Source: an uncultured Clostridium sp. (GTDB lineage: Bacteria > Bacillota > Clostridia > TANB77 > CAG-508). From it: a stretch of 62,350 bases of DNA. Of the stretch, positions 18,157 through 27,621 are shown in pieces. The stretch spans positions 1 through 62,350 of the forward strand of contig CAOKHI010000003.1 in the NCBI GenBank assembly GCA_948468275.1. The letters are read 5' to 3'. Below the pieces are notes generated by a model. The model made no database searches. It saw only the letters and a program-made list of their open reading frames with translations, and was not told the origin of the DNA. The stretch's first letter is position 1; each line of letters starts with the position of its first letter. Both the position numbers and the translations under genes were made by a program.

Positions 18157-19362
18157 TTAGTTTTCTAAGAATTGTTTATTATTTTTGCACATAGAATATA
18201 ACATTCTTAGAATTTTTGTAGAACAAGCAGTTAGGCTTTCGTAGAAGTGTTTGCCTTCTGCTTTTTTATTTTGGTAATAAATATATACTGGATGTTCTGG
18301 ATAATTTGAAGCTCCTAATTTTACTACCATTTGGCTACAATTAAATAATATATATCTTGCATATTTGTTTCCTCTTTTTGATATTGCTCCTTTCACATTT
18401 ATACTTTTTCCAGATTGCTTTATTGTTGGGTCAAGTCCACAAAAAGCTATTATTTCTTTTGGACTATCAAACCTTGTTATATCTCCTAATTCTCCAAGTA
18501 TTTCAGCTGTTAATATTTCGCCGATTCCATAAAATGAATTTATTATTTTAAAATATGGAGATTGCTTTGCTGTTTCTATCATTTTATCTCTCAATTCATT
18601 TATGATATTGTTATTATTTTGTACTATTTTAGCCATATCCGAAAGGTTTTTTGTGTCTTCGTGTTCTTTATCAACTCCAGGATAAGAGTTAGTTGAAGCT
18701 ATTTTTATTGTTTCTGCTAGTCTTTTATAAAAGTTTAAATTTCTTCCATTAGTCTTATATAAATTGTTATACAATGCATCAATTCGCTTCTCTTTCACTA
18801 TTTCTGCATGTGGAAATTCTTTGATAAAATTCAATGCTGTATCATCATAAATTCTTGTTGATTTAAAGATTTTCTCTAGTTCTGGAAAGCATATATTTAT
18901 TAATCTCTTGTATCTATTTTTACAACTAACATTATTCTGTAGCAAATAAAAATATTGTCTTGTCATTGCTTTTAAATCAGCATATAAATCCTTTTTAGAT
19001 AAATCGTGATATTCTACTTCATTTACAAAGAATAACTTTGCTAATCTATAACAATCTTCTTTGTCTGTTTTAGTTTTTCTGATGGTGTCATAATTATTTT
19101 TAGTTGTTAAACTATTGATAACTAAAGTATTAAAACCATTTTCCTTAAAATATCTTTCTACTGGTAAATGATATGTACCTGTTGATTCCATAAATACTGT
19201 TAGATTTTGTGGATTAATTTCTTTTATTTTTTCTTTTACTTTCTCAAACTCTTCTAAATTATGCTTTATTTCTTTTGTATCAATAAGTATCTCTCCATCA
19301 CTATTCATAAGCATTATCATACTTTTATTTTTTGCAACATCTACGCTTAATACTGTTTTCAA
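18157..19362 (-). CDS. IS110-family transposase/recombinase
   Basis: 401 aa. N-terminal VLSVDVAK...FMESTGTYH (DEDD RuvC-like). C-terminal FYGIGEILTAEILGELGDITRF...CGLDPTIKQSGKS...ISKRGNKYAR. Confidence 0.9.
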   Translation of the reverse strand: MKTVLSVDVAKNKSMIMLMNSDGEILIDTKEIKHNLEEFEKVKEKIKEINPQNLTVFMESTGTYHLPVERYFKENGFNTLVINSLTTKNNYDTIRKTKTDKEDCYRLAKLFFVNEVEYHDLSKKDLYADLKAMTRQYFYLLQNNVSCKNRYKRLINICFPELEKIFKSTRIYDDTALNFIKEFPHAEIVKEKRIDALYNNLYKTNGRNLNFYKRLAETIKIASTNSYPGVDKEHEDTKNLSDMAKIVQNNNNIINELRDKMIETAKQSPYFKIINSFYGIGEILTAEILGELGDITRFDSPKEIIAFCGLDPTIKQSGKSINVKGAISKRGNKYARYILFNCSQMVVKLGASNYPEHPVYIYYQNKKAEGKHFYESLTACSTKILRMLYSMCKNNKQFLEN

Positions 19363-19565
19363 AATTATTCACCTACTTTCTTTTTGAATCTAAGTCTTTT
19401 ACCTCTACTATTATTTCATCAGGCTTGTTATATAGAGTCGAAATCGCCCTCACTATCTAAAACTAAATTAATAATAGGAATAAAAGTCGAACTGTCAATT
19501 TGGTAGATTCTAAGACCTCTGTAATTTGATGTTCTAACTTAAATTCTTTGTAAATAATTTTACAA
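19363..19565 (-). ncRNA. candidate IS110 bridge/guide RNA in the 5' non-coding end
   Basis: Call by position only: a non-coding leader directly upstream of the recombinase start, with locally higher GC and repeated gtcttaga-type segments. Fold not verified. Confidence 0.35.
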
Positions 19566-19604
19566 CCAAAAAAATTAGATGTAAACTCATTTATTTACAT
19601 CTAA
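19566..19604 (-). terminator. strong intrinsic terminator at the upstream edge of the IS
   Basis: 11-bp stem ttagatgtaaa/tttacatctaa followed by UUUUUUU on the minus strand. Confidence 0.65.
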
Positions 19605-19638
19605 CAGTATACCTGTAATTTGTCAAGATAATTATAAC

Positions 19639-19671
19639 ACAAAAGACAGACATTTCAAAACTATCTGTCTT
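19639..19671 (-). terminator. terminator of the MATE operon
   Basis: Stem aagacaga/tctgtctt followed by UUUUGUGUU on the minus strand. Confidence 0.6.
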
Positions 19672-19684
19672 ATTATTTATTTAA

Positions 19685-21016
19685 TTAAGCATATTCATAT
19701 TTTTTCTTATTTCTAATTATTAATACCGAACTTACAATTAATGCTAATATTTCTGCTACTACTACTGCAAACCATATTCCATTAAGACCGAATAAAATAG
19801 GTAACACTAATATCACTATCACTTGAAATACTAAAGTTCTTACAAACGAAATCATAGCAGATACTAATCCATTATTTAATGCTGTAAAGAAAGATGAAGC
19901 AAATATATTAAAACCACTAATAATAAATGAAAGAGAGAATATTCTAATAGCATTTGTAGTCATTTCAAGTAAATTATTATCATAACTTACAAAAACACTT
20001 GCTAATAATTTTGCTAAAATTTCGGCACATATTGTCATAACTACTGATGTTATTCCTAATAATATAATGCTCTGTTTTAATAAAGTTTTTAATTCTTCTT
20101 TATTTTCTGCCCCATAATGATAGCTTATAATTGGTGCTGAACCTATGGAATATCCAATATATGTACCAGAAAATATAAAAGATATATACATAATTACTCC
20201 ATAAGCTACCACTCCATCTGCCCCTGCAAATTTCATTAACTGCATATTGTATAACATATTTACCAAACTTGTTGAAACATTTGTCAACATTTCAGAAGAT
20301 CCATTTATGCAAGTTTGTAATAATGCTTTTTTGTCAAACTTTGCTTTTGTTATTCTTAAAGGGGTATCATTTTTACGGATAAAATAAACAAGTGGAATCA
20401 TTCCCCCAACAACTTGACTAAGTGCTGTTGCAAATGCTGCTCCAAATACTCCCCACTTAAAAATATATATAAATAGGAAATCTAATATCATATTTGTAAT
20501 TCCCGCCATAATAGATATTTTTAGTCCCATTTGTGGCTTTTCTGCAACTACAAGAAAACTTTGAAAACTATTCTGTAATAAAAATGGTATTAACGATACA
20601 AGTAGAACTCTACTATAAGTAACACAATATTCTAGCATATCTCCTTCAGCACCTAATAATTTTGAAATAGGTCTAATAAATATTAAGCCAACTATTGTTA
20701 ATATAAATCCTACGATGACAAGAAAATAATTTAACATTGAAAAATATCCATTTGCTTTTTCTTTTTTTCCTTCTCCTATTGTTTTTGATACTAATGCACT
20801 TCCACCAGTACCAACCATAAATCCTATTGTTCCTAAAATCATTAAAACTGGCATAATTAAATTTACTGATGCAAAAGCATCACTTCCTACACAATTCGAT
20901 ATGAATATTCCATCTACTACTCCATAAATTGATGTAAATATCATCATAATAATTGTAGGCATTGTAAATTTTATTAATTTTTTATAATTAAAATGTTCTG
21001 ATAACTGTATTTTCAT
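19685..21016 (-). CDS. MATE-family efflux transporter
   Basis: 443 aa with about 12 TM helices and the typical MATE N-terminus (LIKFTMPTIIMMIFTSIYGVVDGIFIS). Confidence 0.9.
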   Translation of the reverse strand: MKIQLSEHFNYKKLIKFTMPTIIMMIFTSIYGVVDGIFISNCVGSDAFASVNLIMPVLMILGTIGFMVGTGGSALVSKTIGEGKKEKANGYFSMLNYFLVIVGFILTIVGLIFIRPISKLLGAEGDMLEYCVTYSRVLLVSLIPFLLQNSFQSFLVVAEKPQMGLKISIMAGITNMILDFLFIYIFKWGVFGAAFATALSQVVGGMIPLVYFIRKNDTPLRITKAKFDKKALLQTCINGSSEMLTNVSTSLVNMLYNMQLMKFAGADGVVAYGVIMYISFIFSGTYIGYSIGSAPIISYHYGAENKEELKTLLKQSIILLGITSVVMTICAEILAKLLASVFVSYDNNLLEMTTNAIRIFSLSFIISGFNIFASSFFTALNNGLVSAMISFVRTLVFQVIVILVLPILFGLNGIWFAVVVAEILALIVSSVLIIRNKKKYEYA

Positions 21017-21019
21017 TTC

Positions 21020-21634
21020 CTATTTACCTCCAAACCAATCTTCTATATACTCTGCTAGTGGTGGAATAATAGCTTTTATTTCTACATTTGTTGTATTTAT
21101 GCAAAGATGATAATTTCTTTTATCTCCCCATTCTTCATTTGATATAACTTTATGAAAATTTTTTCTTGCATTATTTATTGAAGTTATTTTCTTTTCCATC
21201 TCTTTATTTGTAATCTTTTCATCTTCTTTTGCTTTTTTATGGCAACGGTTAATTTTTGATTCCATATCTGCATATACAAATATATTCATTGTATTGTAAT
21301 CTTTTAGTATAGCATTTGCACCTCTACCTACGATGATACAGTTTCCTTTTTCTGCTATTTTTTTTAAGACTTTTGTTTGAGCTACTAATATCTCTGTTTG
21401 ATTGCTTTGCACACCTGAATATATAGCAAATGACTTCGCAAATTGAAATGAATAGGGATAAATCCCTTTTTCGGAAATATTTTGTATATATTCTTCTGAC
21501 ATTCCTGTTTCTTTTGCTATCTCATTTATGATTTCTTTGTCATAGTATCCCAAACCTAATTCATCTGCTAATCTTTTTCCAACTTCTCTACCTCCACTTC
21601 CAAATTCTCTACTAATTGTTACAATCTTATTCAT
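21020..21634 (-). CDS. cytidylate-kinase-like family protein (P-loop)
   Basis: 204 aa with IVTISREFGSGGREVGKRLADELG. Confidence 0.8.
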   Translation of the reverse strand: MNKIVTISREFGSGGREVGKRLADELGLGYYDKEIINEIAKETGMSEEYIQNISEKGIYPYSFQFAKSFAIYSGVQSNQTEILVAQTKVLKKIAEKGNCIIVGRGANAILKDYNTMNIFVYADMESKINRCHKKAKEDEKITNKEMEKKITSINNARKNFHKVISNEEWGDKRNYHLCINTTNVEIKAIIPPLAEYIEDWFGGK

Positions 21635-21780
21635 ATAAAAACCTCCTTTTAGGGCAAAAAAATAGCCCCATTATTTTAATAAATAACCGAGCTCACTCGA
21701 CATCTTATCGACAGCACTTTATTACAGTAAAGTGTAGTGTTACGACACTCTGTCCTCCGATGACCTATATTCAGCAATAT

Positions 21781-21809
21781 ATTTTACTAAATTATCATAT
21801 TTTTGTCAA
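21781..21809 (-). promoter_or_regulatory. promoter of the cytidylate-kinase-like/MATE operon
   Basis: The minus strand reads TTGACA-17 nt-TAAAAT, about 140 nt upstream of the start codon. Confidence 0.6.
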
Positions 21810-21919
21810 CACTTTTGGAATAATTTTTTATATAATTTTCCTTCACAAAATTATAATTATTTTTTAATTTCAGCGGTAAATTACTACAAATCTTTCATAA
21901 TCCTAAATTGTAAGTTGTA

Positions 21920-22657
21920 CTACAATTTTTTCAATTTAATTCTTGCTCTTACTAACTCATTTTCTTCAAATCTTATTACAAAATCTATTTTATTTTCATA
22001 ATCTTTTCTGTAAATATCTAATATCTGTCCCTCTTTGCTTTCATTTATATAGTTAATTTCAAAGTCAGTAATCATATTATTTTCAAAAATTTCTGAATTT
22101 ATCATATTCATTATAAATCTTACATAACTAACATTATTTGTATGTTTTGAATAATCTGTATCATTATAATAGACTTCTCTTTTGCCTACAATATTTTCTT
22201 GTTCAAAATTATTATTAAGTTTTTCAAAATCTTCTTCTATTATTGGCTCTGCTATTTCTAAATTTAATGGGAATCTTATTGTTTCTATTTTTCTTACTTT
22301 TCTCGTTGTTAAATCAATAGGACAACTTTCCTGTTTTGCAATAAACAAAACATTTCCTATCTCATCCTCAACTTTAGTATTATTTTGCACTCTTATTTTA
22401 GATTTACTAGTAATAAAGGATGTCGCTTGTACTTTCTGTTTCCAAATTGGATATTTTTCAAAATGTATCTTTAATTTTGTTAATACCCATACTGCATTAT
22501 TTTCGTCTTTTATTTTTATATTATCTGTTTCAAGATGTTCAAACAATTCTGTTACCATATCTTGTATAATTGTTGCACAGCCAACCAAACTTAAATTTAG
22601 ATTTCTATCAACACTTGTATATCCTACTTTATATTCATTTTTGTATTCGTTTTTCAC
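21920..22657 (-). CDS. acyl-ACP thioesterase family protein
   Basis: 245 aa with a double hot-dog layout and YNDTDYSKHTNNVSYVRF (D..HVNN.Y-like motif). Confidence 0.7.
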   Translation of the reverse strand: MKNEYKNEYKVGYTSVDRNLNLSLVGCATIIQDMVTELFEHLETDNIKIKDENNAVWVLTKLKIHFEKYPIWKQKVQATSFITSKSKIRVQNNTKVEDEIGNVLFIAKQESCPIDLTTRKVRKIETIRFPLNLEIAEPIIEEDFEKLNNNFEQENIVGKREVYYNDTDYSKHTNNVSYVRFIMNMINSEIFENNMITDFEINYINESKEGQILDIYRKDYENKIDFVIRFEENELVRARIKLKKL

Positions 22658-22974
22658 TTTTTATCTCCCCTACAACTTACTATTTTGTGTTATGATTATA
22701 CAATAAAAACAAAGTAATTGCAATTTATTATCTGTATCTTGATGTCAATGCTTACAATCTTTACCATTTTTTATAATATTTTTCCTCTTTCATCTTTAAA
22801 TAATATCTTTTATATCCATTTTACATATACAAGTGAAACGATTTCTTGATATTGAGTATAAATATGTTAGCCTACTGCAATTTAGGTAAGCCATTATATT
22901 TTCAATGCTTGCCCCTAATGGCCAAGAAACATATTTATAGAGGCTCAATGTCAAGAATGTATAAAGTAAAATAT

Positions 22975-23310
22975 CTATTTATTTTTTCTTTTTATTACTA
23001 TACTTTGTCCATCTATCTTTATTTCAGCATCTTTATTTTCTTCATTGATCCCTATTCGTTCAAGCATGTCTTTGGGAATTGCTACTGTTGGACCTGTATT
23101 TTTATGAAATTGTACTTTCCTGCTTATTGTCTTTTTTTCTATTCTTCTGCTTTTTCTTAATTTATGATTACTGTTTGCATTGAGTATCGCATTTACTCTT
23201 TGCCTACTAATATTTAATAGTGATCCAATCTCTTTTTGAGTTAAATTCTCTTCGTAATATGAGAAGTTCACCCTACTTTTTAGTTCTTCTTTTTTGTTCA
23301 TAAAGTTCAC
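22975..23310 (-). CDS. DNA-binding protein: N-terminal HTH + C-terminal AbrB/SpoVT-like domain
   Basis: 111 aa with LTQKEIGSLLNISRQRVNAIL, then TVAIPKDMLERIGI. Confidence 0.55.
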   Translation of the reverse strand: MNFMNKKEELKSRVNFSYYEENLTQKEIGSLLNISRQRVNAILNANSNHKLRKSRRIEKKTISRKVQFHKNTGPTVAIPKDMLERIGINEENKDAEIKIDGQSIVIKRKNK

Positions 23311-23869
23311 CTAACCTATATAAAATAAGGATTTATTGCATTTTTACTTATTTCAAAAATGCTAGAATTATTGTAGCATTTTGTACTACTGTTTGTCAAC
23401 TTTTTACTTATGAAATTCACAAGACATACTTGTTTTTAGTCATTTTTGTTAAATTTATTGATTTCTTTGCTCCAATTATTATCAAATGTAACAAGTTTAA
23501 TTTGTAAAAATTATTTTTTTGGCAGAAATAGACCACACAAATTTTTGTATATAAACTAAGTGCATTTTTTGTTTTATGTAACCAGTATTATATACAACTA
23601 AGAGTAGTGTATAAATTTTCTAAATCCATTGATTTTTCAATAATATTTGAGATTATTTTAACATCTTTTTGTTCTTATTTTTACAATTTCTGACATAAAA
23701 AAGTAGCCAATAGGGGAGTATTTTTTACTCCAAAATTGACTATTTTTTGTCTCATTTTTTATCTATTTTACCCAAATTTGTTGAAATTGGTTGAAATGAT
23801 TGCACCAAAATTGCTCCAAAACTGTTTTTAAAAATTACCCCTGCCTTGTGGCTCTAAGGTTTGAGGAAA

Positions 23870-24079
23870 TTATATTATGCCATTTACTATGTCCTGACAT
23901 CTTTCATTCCTCCTTCTTATTTTCTTACAGCCATCTATGATTGCTGTATTTTTATATTTTATATTTTTACTCTTATAAAAAACGAAGTTATGCGGGTTTG
24001 CGGGCACAAATTTAAAACGATTACGCTCAAATTGTGCTAAAATTTCGTGTTTTACTTTATGTAAATTTATTATTTTCAC
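23870..24079 (-). CDS. doubtful small ORF in a degenerate non-coding stretch
   Basis: 69-aa ORF with no convincing RBS. Contains an unusual GC-rich tgcgggtttgcgggcac. Confidence 0.2.
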   Translation of the reverse strand: MKIINLHKVKHEILAQFERNRFKFVPANPHNFVFYKSKNIKYKNTAIIDGCKKIRRRNERCQDIVNGII

Positions 24080-24395
24080 AACTCTTACTTGTAAAAATAA
24101 GCTTTACAAATTTAGCTTGTATTATATTATCACATTTTTTTCTTTTTGTGTAGCATATTTCAAGATTTTTTTAATTTATCTCTCATTTTTGATTTTTTAG
24201 TCTATTTGTACAAGTCAAGTTATATTATCTTTTTAATATTATGCCATTTAATTCTTAGTAGACATGTATATTTTGCAGCCATTTTTCATTTTTAGCACTT
24301 AAACTTAACATTTTATTTTTTATAGTACAATTTACTAATTTTTGTTATGGTTATCTATCCTACTTATATTAATTTGTATTAAAATTAATATTTTA

Positions 24396-24881
24396 TTATG
24401 GTACATAAAATTCTAATGATTTTTTAAGGCTAGTAGATTTTACAATGTCATCTTCATCAAAATTAACAAATAATACATAATAATGCAATTTTCTCCATAA
24501 GTCGTAATGCTTTACAAATATAACTTCTTTCATTAAAGTTCCTGCATTATATAAATAGATATTTTCTGATTTTTTTATTCTACCTGGCTTTCCTAATTTA
24601 TTTTCAACTTCTTCTTTTGTCAATCCTATAATACTTTTGCTATCGTTTACTTGCTTCATTTTAGAATAATATTTACTCGGTTCATCAATAAATTTTATCG
24701 TAGTTATAAATAATAAAAATGTACAAAGTAAAATAATTATAACTATCAAGATTCTTGAAATTATATCTATTGATTTTCTTGTTAATACAAATATTATACT
24801 TGATAAAACCAAAATAAATGGTCCTACATATATCATAAATATGATTAGTGCTACTACAAATAAAAGTACATTTACCAACAT
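24396..24881 (-). CDS. membrane-anchored small protein (paralogue of 25452-25820)
   Basis: 161 aa with 3 N-terminal TM helices. The C-terminal domain LIGLTKEEVENKLGKP...YLYNAG...HYYVLFVNFDEDDIVKST is shared with the 122-aa neighbour. Confidence 0.65.
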   Translation of the reverse strand: MLVNVLLFVVALIIFMIYVGPFILVLSSIIFVLTRKSIDIISRILIVIIILLCTFLLFITTIKFIDEPSKYYSKMKQVNDSKSIIGLTKEEVENKLGKPGRIKKSENIYLYNAGTLMKEVIFVKHYDLWRKLHYYVLFVNFDEDDIVKSTSLKKSLEFYVP

Positions 24882-24966
24882 TATTATTGCTCCTTCTTCA
24901 TCAATTATATAATAATTATTAGAATCATATTTCCCAGATTCTGAATAAAATTCTTTTGTAATAGGA

Positions 24967-25422
24967 TTAATTACATCTCCAACCGCATTTTAGTAGTTCT
25001 TCGTTTATTAAATGATACAATGATGTAAATATTGGTCGTTTTTCATTTCTTGATTTGTCTGCTATTCTTGCTAGTTTTGTTTCCATTATTCCTCCTGTCC
25101 CTGAGTACAGATAATGTTTCCGTAGTCAAGACCGTTATTACGTAAGCCCCTTCGCTCCATTTCCATTACAGAAACTTCCCCACTACTATGAGCTTATCGA
25201 TTAACAATTATTCAAATGTTGCATTCCGTGGTAAGTAGCACGTTTGCCTTTTAATTGGTAACATTTCGGGGCTGAATTGCCTTTTAACCCTACTTTCTCG
25301 CTGTTTACGCTTTACTCATAACATTACTGTCATAAGCACAAAACTCGCTACTGGTGGTTTGGTTAGACCTTAACCAGACGGGATTTCCACCCACTAGATT
25401 ACTTACCCTTTGCCAGGCGCAC
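24967..25422 (-). mobile_element. group II intron 5' stump (domain I-IV RNA + first ~33 codons of the intron-encoded RT)
   Basis: The minus strand starts GTGCGCC at 25422. A GC-richer structured stretch follows, then ggaggaataATG at 25086 encoding METKLARIADKSRNEKRPIFTSLYHLINEELLKC, then loss of homology. No domain V/VI and no RT body. Confidence 0.75.
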
Positions 25423-25451
25423 ACTTACTATTTGCCCTGGTATTTATATTT

Positions 25452-25820
25452 CTAAGGTCGCTCTTGTATTCTAGTAGATTTCACTTTATCTGTTTCTTCA
25501 AAATTTATATAAAGTACATAATGCCTTTTCGTAGTCCAAAAATTACGATATCCAAAAATTAATCCTTCATATACATTCCCTGCATTATACATATAAACTT
25601 TGTCACTATATGTATATATTTCTACAGGTTCTCCTAGTAGTTCAACAACTTCATCTTTCGATAATCCTACAAGGCTATTATTTATATCAATTTCATACAT
25701 TTTTATATATTGTTCATCTGGTCGTTCTTTTCCAGAAGTTACTTCGCTAAATATCATATATATACTAAAACCAATTATAATTGCTAAAATAACCCCTATC
25801 CATTTTAATCTTTTCTTCAT
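25452..25820 (-). CDS. membrane-anchored small protein (paralogue of 24396-24881)
   Basis: 122 aa with one TM helix, then LVGLSKDEVVELLGEP...YMYNAG...HYVLYINFEETDKVKST. Confidence 0.65.
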   Translation of the reverse strand: MKKRLKWIGVILAIIIGFSIYMIFSEVTSGKERPDEQYIKMYEIDINNSLVGLSKDEVVELLGEPVEIYTYSDKVYMYNAGNVYEGLIFGYRNFWTTKRHYVLYINFEETDKVKSTRIQERP

Positions 25821-25841
25821 AAATCCCCTTCTACAACATTA

Positions 25842-26138
25842 CTATTTGTTTGTTACAATAATATCATAATTATATTTAATTATGATAAATATAGTCATTA
25901 TAATCGTAACAATAAATAAAATTATCCATATAATAACTAATGGAAAACCGAAAGCTATATAAAGAAATAATGTACTTTTAAATGCAGATATTCCATAGAC
26001 CATTTGAGTTCCTTGTAATGCTATATTTGTTCCATTTTCATAACTATACATACATTTATTAAATATCAATATTGTTGGAATTATTACTAAAACCCACATT
26101 ATTATTGTAATTATCACAAATATTATTTTTTTATTCAT
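25842..26138 (-). CDS. small integral membrane protein
   Basis: 98 aa with 3 hydrophobic helices. Confidence 0.55.
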   Translation of the reverse strand: MNKKIIFVIITIIMWVLVIIPTILIFNKCMYSYENGTNIALQGTQMVYGISAFKSTLFLYIAFGFPLVIIWIILFIVTIIMTIFIIIKYNYDIIVTNK

Positions 26139-26239
26139 TTTCTTTTATTCCTATTTCACTATCATTAATAACTTCTATTTATTTTAATTTTAGTTCATCT
26201 AATGGCTTATTTAACTTTTTATTTAAGCTAAATTTTTTA

Positions 26240-26716
26240 TTATAACAACTTCATTATTCCATAAGTTATAAATGGACTTGCATATATTGTTATATATATT
26301 AAAGTTATCCAAGGTTGATAATCAATATAAAACTCTTTAAATGTTAAAGACCATGGATGTTTTATTAAAACCCATCCAATCAGATCAAATACTACTGTTA
26401 TTGTTCCCCAAATAATTGAGGTTGTTATAACATTTGATAAAGTTATTGTTTCTAATCCATTAAAATAAAAGTATGCAAATATAGTAAATATAACGATATT
26501 ATATAAAGGATGCCAAGGTTTTGTTTTTTCATATCCTTCTCCCATACCTGGACTATTTTTCATTGATTTCATATGTAATACTACAATATTAAAAATTGTA
26601 TGTAATATTCCTATACTTGTAACTACAAAATATGCTATCCAATACCATAACATTAAAAATTTAAAATTCTCCATTTTATAATTTCTCCAATCTGACTTTA
26701 TTATTGTAAGTTGCAA
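26240..26716 (-). CDS. integral membrane protein
   Basis: 158-aa ORF. Likelier start is MENFKF at 26674. 4 TM helices. Confidence 0.55.
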   Translation of the reverse strand: MQLTIIKSDWRNYKMENFKFLMLWYWIAYFVVTSIGILHTIFNIVVLHMKSMKNSPGMGEGYEKTKPWHPLYNIVIFTIFAYFYFNGLETITLSNVITTSIIWGTITVVFDLIGWVLIKHPWSLTFKEFYIDYQPWITLIYITIYASPFITYGIMKLL

Positions 26717-26771
26717 ATATCTTTAACTATATTTGATTTTTAATCTCTAATAATTTTAAACTTACTAAAAT

Positions 26772-27245
26772 TTATACCAATATTATCATTACTAATAAAA
26801 CTATTCCTATTATTATAAATGAATATCCCATAATTTTACTTACTTTTCTATAAGATTTCTCACTTTTAGGAGTTGGATGAAAAATCGTTTTAGAAACATC
26901 ATAACTCATTTTAGGAATATAATTTCCTATAATTATAAATAATATTCCTAAAATTAAACATACACTTTTTCCAACATATACTGTGCTTCCTAGTGAAACT
27001 TCTACCATAATAATATATAACAAAAAAGTTACAATTGGAATAAACCATTCCATTATTTTTACAATTCTAGGCTTTTTAATATTTTCTAACTTATTTACTT
27101 TTTCTGTAAATATAATACATATTGCTTGAACAATAGCCATTATGCTTGGTATTCCAAATAATGCAAAGTTCTTTGATGCATAGTTATCAGCTACATTATT
27201 TATTGAAAAATGAATTGGCATTTGATCTGGTAATTTGTTCTTCAA
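26772..27245 (-). CDS. SdpI/DUF1648-like membrane protein, apparently lacking the usual first TM helix
   Basis: TTG start. KLPDQMPIHFSINNVADNYASK followed by 4 TM helices. Overlaps the sdpR-like 3' end by 50 nt. Confidence 0.55.
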   Translation of the reverse strand: MKNKLPDQMPIHFSINNVADNYASKNFALFGIPSIMAIVQAICIIFTEKVNKLENIKKPRIVKIMEWFIPIVTFLLYIIMVEVSLGSTVYVGKSVCLILGILFIIIGNYIPKMSYDVSKTIFHPTPKSEKSYRKVSKIMGYSFIIIGIVLLVMIILV

Positions 27246-27483
27246 AAACAGAACTATTTAATTCATAAAATATAAAATTTTTCTCTCTTGTTTCAGTTAT
27301 CAAATTTGCTTTCTTTAATTGTGATAAATGATATGAAACTGTTGCTCCAGTTAAATTAAATTTTTCTGATATCTCCCCTGCTGATTTTCTTTCTTCTTTT
27401 AACATCTCTAATATATCCCTTCTAACGGAATCCGATATAGCTTTCAACGTTTCTGACATACCCATATTTATCACTCCTTTCAA
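27196..27483 (-). CDS. ArsR-family, SdpR-like autorepressor
   Basis: LKAISDSVRRDILEMLKEERKSAGEISEKFNLTGATVSYHLSQLKKANLI. Confidence 0.8.
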   Translation of the reverse strand: MKGVINMGMSETLKAISDSVRRDILEMLKEERKSAGEISEKFNLTGATVSYHLSQLKKANLITETREKNFIFYELNSSVFEEQITRSNANSFFNK

Positions 27484-27621
27484 GTATTTAGAAATATTTT
27501 TAAATAGCTTATAACATTTTTACACTTAAAAAGTCAACAAGTATTTAGATTTTTTTCTAAATACTTGTATTCTTGTGTTACTCATTTTCTTTATTATAAG
27601 TTATACTTTTCCATGTTCACT

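Larger units (their letters stand above)
18100..19565 (-). mobile_element. IS110-family insertion sequence (ends approximate)
   Basis: A single DEDD/Transposase_20 gene with a roughly 200-nt 5' and roughly 60-140-nt 3' non-coding end. No obvious terminal inverted repeats, as expected for IS110. Confidence 0.7.

Noticed and set aside
22182-22706. 174-aa plus-strand ORF, plus many similar plus-strand ORFs (380-649, 2259-2504, 27929-28342, 30712-31185, 42536-42790, 43675-44028, 44264-44794, 47352-47720, 58562-58954 and others)
   Set aside because: All are antisense to well-supported minus-strand genes. They are Leu/Phe/Ser/Ile-rich low-complexity translations, typical of the reverse strand of AT-rich genes, and they lack RBS and recognisable motifs.
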